Source of the DNA: Saprospiraceae bacterium
GTDB taxonomy: Bacteria; Bacteroidota; Bacteroidia; Chitinophagales; Saprospiraceae
Assembly (NCBI GenBank): GCA_012031785.1
Contig: JAAUTG010000001.1
Coordinates: forward strand, 1,896 to 65,895
DNA length: 64,000 nucleotides
Direction of reading: 5' to 3'
Shown: piece after piece, positions 63,782 to 64,000 of the stretch
Layout of the letters: every line of letters starts with the position of its first letter
Numbering within the stretch: the stretch's first letter is position 1
Translations under genes and position numbers: made by a program
The notes under the pieces: generated by a model
Database searches by the model: none
Told to the model about the DNA's origin: nothing
What the model saw: the letters and a program-made list of their open reading frames with translations, nothing else

Positions 63782-64000
63782 AATCTTTGCATGGAAGTTG
63801 GGAAAATTAATTAGCGTGCTACCCCAAAATGCACGCGAATGGGCAATAGGAATTGGGGGCGAAATCATCGCAGACGGTGAGCGTCAAGAGGTGTATGACC
63901 ACCTACTAGCCCAATATGGACATACGGCATCAATCCAGACGGATGTCGCCAACTGGCTTGAAGAAAATAATGAGTGGCATCCGATCTGGTGCCTGCCTAC
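63771..64000 (+). CDS. hypothetical protein, 5' fragment (continues right of window)
   Basis: ATG 63771 overlaps the previous gene end. The frame is open to the window edge (MNNKIFAWKLGKLISVLPQNAREW...). Confidence 0.4.
   Translation, partial: MNNKIFAWKLGKLISVLPQNAREWAIGIGGEIIADGERQEVYDHLLAQYGHTASIQTDVANWLEENNEWHPIWCLP

Noticed and set aside
1-64000. tRNA, rRNA, integrase/att, CI-type repressor, DNA polymerase, endolysin
   Set aside because: I found no cloverleaf-compatible GTTCGAATC-type T-arm in the non-coding stretches and none of the characteristic protein motifs. Absence by eye is weak evidence and needs tRNAscan-SE and HMM searches.

Overview
This 64 kb window is part of a tailed dsDNA phage or prophage genome. 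I saw no rRNA, tRNA, CRISPR array, integrase, DNA polymerase or recognisable endolysin. It has three blocks. (1) 1-20.7 kb, + strand: replication, recombination and nucleotide-metabolism genes. These are SSB, RNase H, an N6-methyltransferase fused to an SF2 helicase, a Cas4-like exonuclease, a Rad52-like annealase, a VRR-NUC-like nuclease, a DnaG-type primase, dUTPase and a DnaB-type helicase. One HNH homing endonuclease and one HTH gene lie in reverse orientation. (2) 20.7-56.9 kb, - strand: small zinc-ribbon and membrane genes expressed from a near-consensus sigma70-type promoter, then a siphovirus-style morphogenesis operon. Its order is TerL, portal, scaffold, capsid, connectors, tail tube, G/GT chaperones with an A8 slippery run, a 3,594-codon gene in the tape-measure slot, tail and fibre proteins, and membrane proteins. 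(3) 57.0-64.0 kb, + strand: at least 14 small genes of unknown function. The three strongest observations are as follows. (a) The giant tape-measure-slot protein carries, near residue 1587, a beta-prime/RdRP-type double-psi beta-barrel catalytic signature (RFPEVSPFH...NPIVAQVLAGDFDGDE...W). That suggests a virion-delivered polymerase fused to a tape measure. (b) Eight intergenic copies of one irregular stem-loop architecture (outer stem, 7-9 nt 5'-side bulge, inner stem-loop) precede eight consecutive small genes at 57.4-60.7 kb. The stems show compensatory changes, and the copies are accompanied by a conserved 29-nt box and an identical 26-nt ribosome-binding module. (c) Five conserved genes (ssb, MTase-helicase, exonuclease, dnaB, portal) each need a single-nucleotide frame change to be read through. 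Functional calls come from motifs I recognise by eye. No database search was possible.
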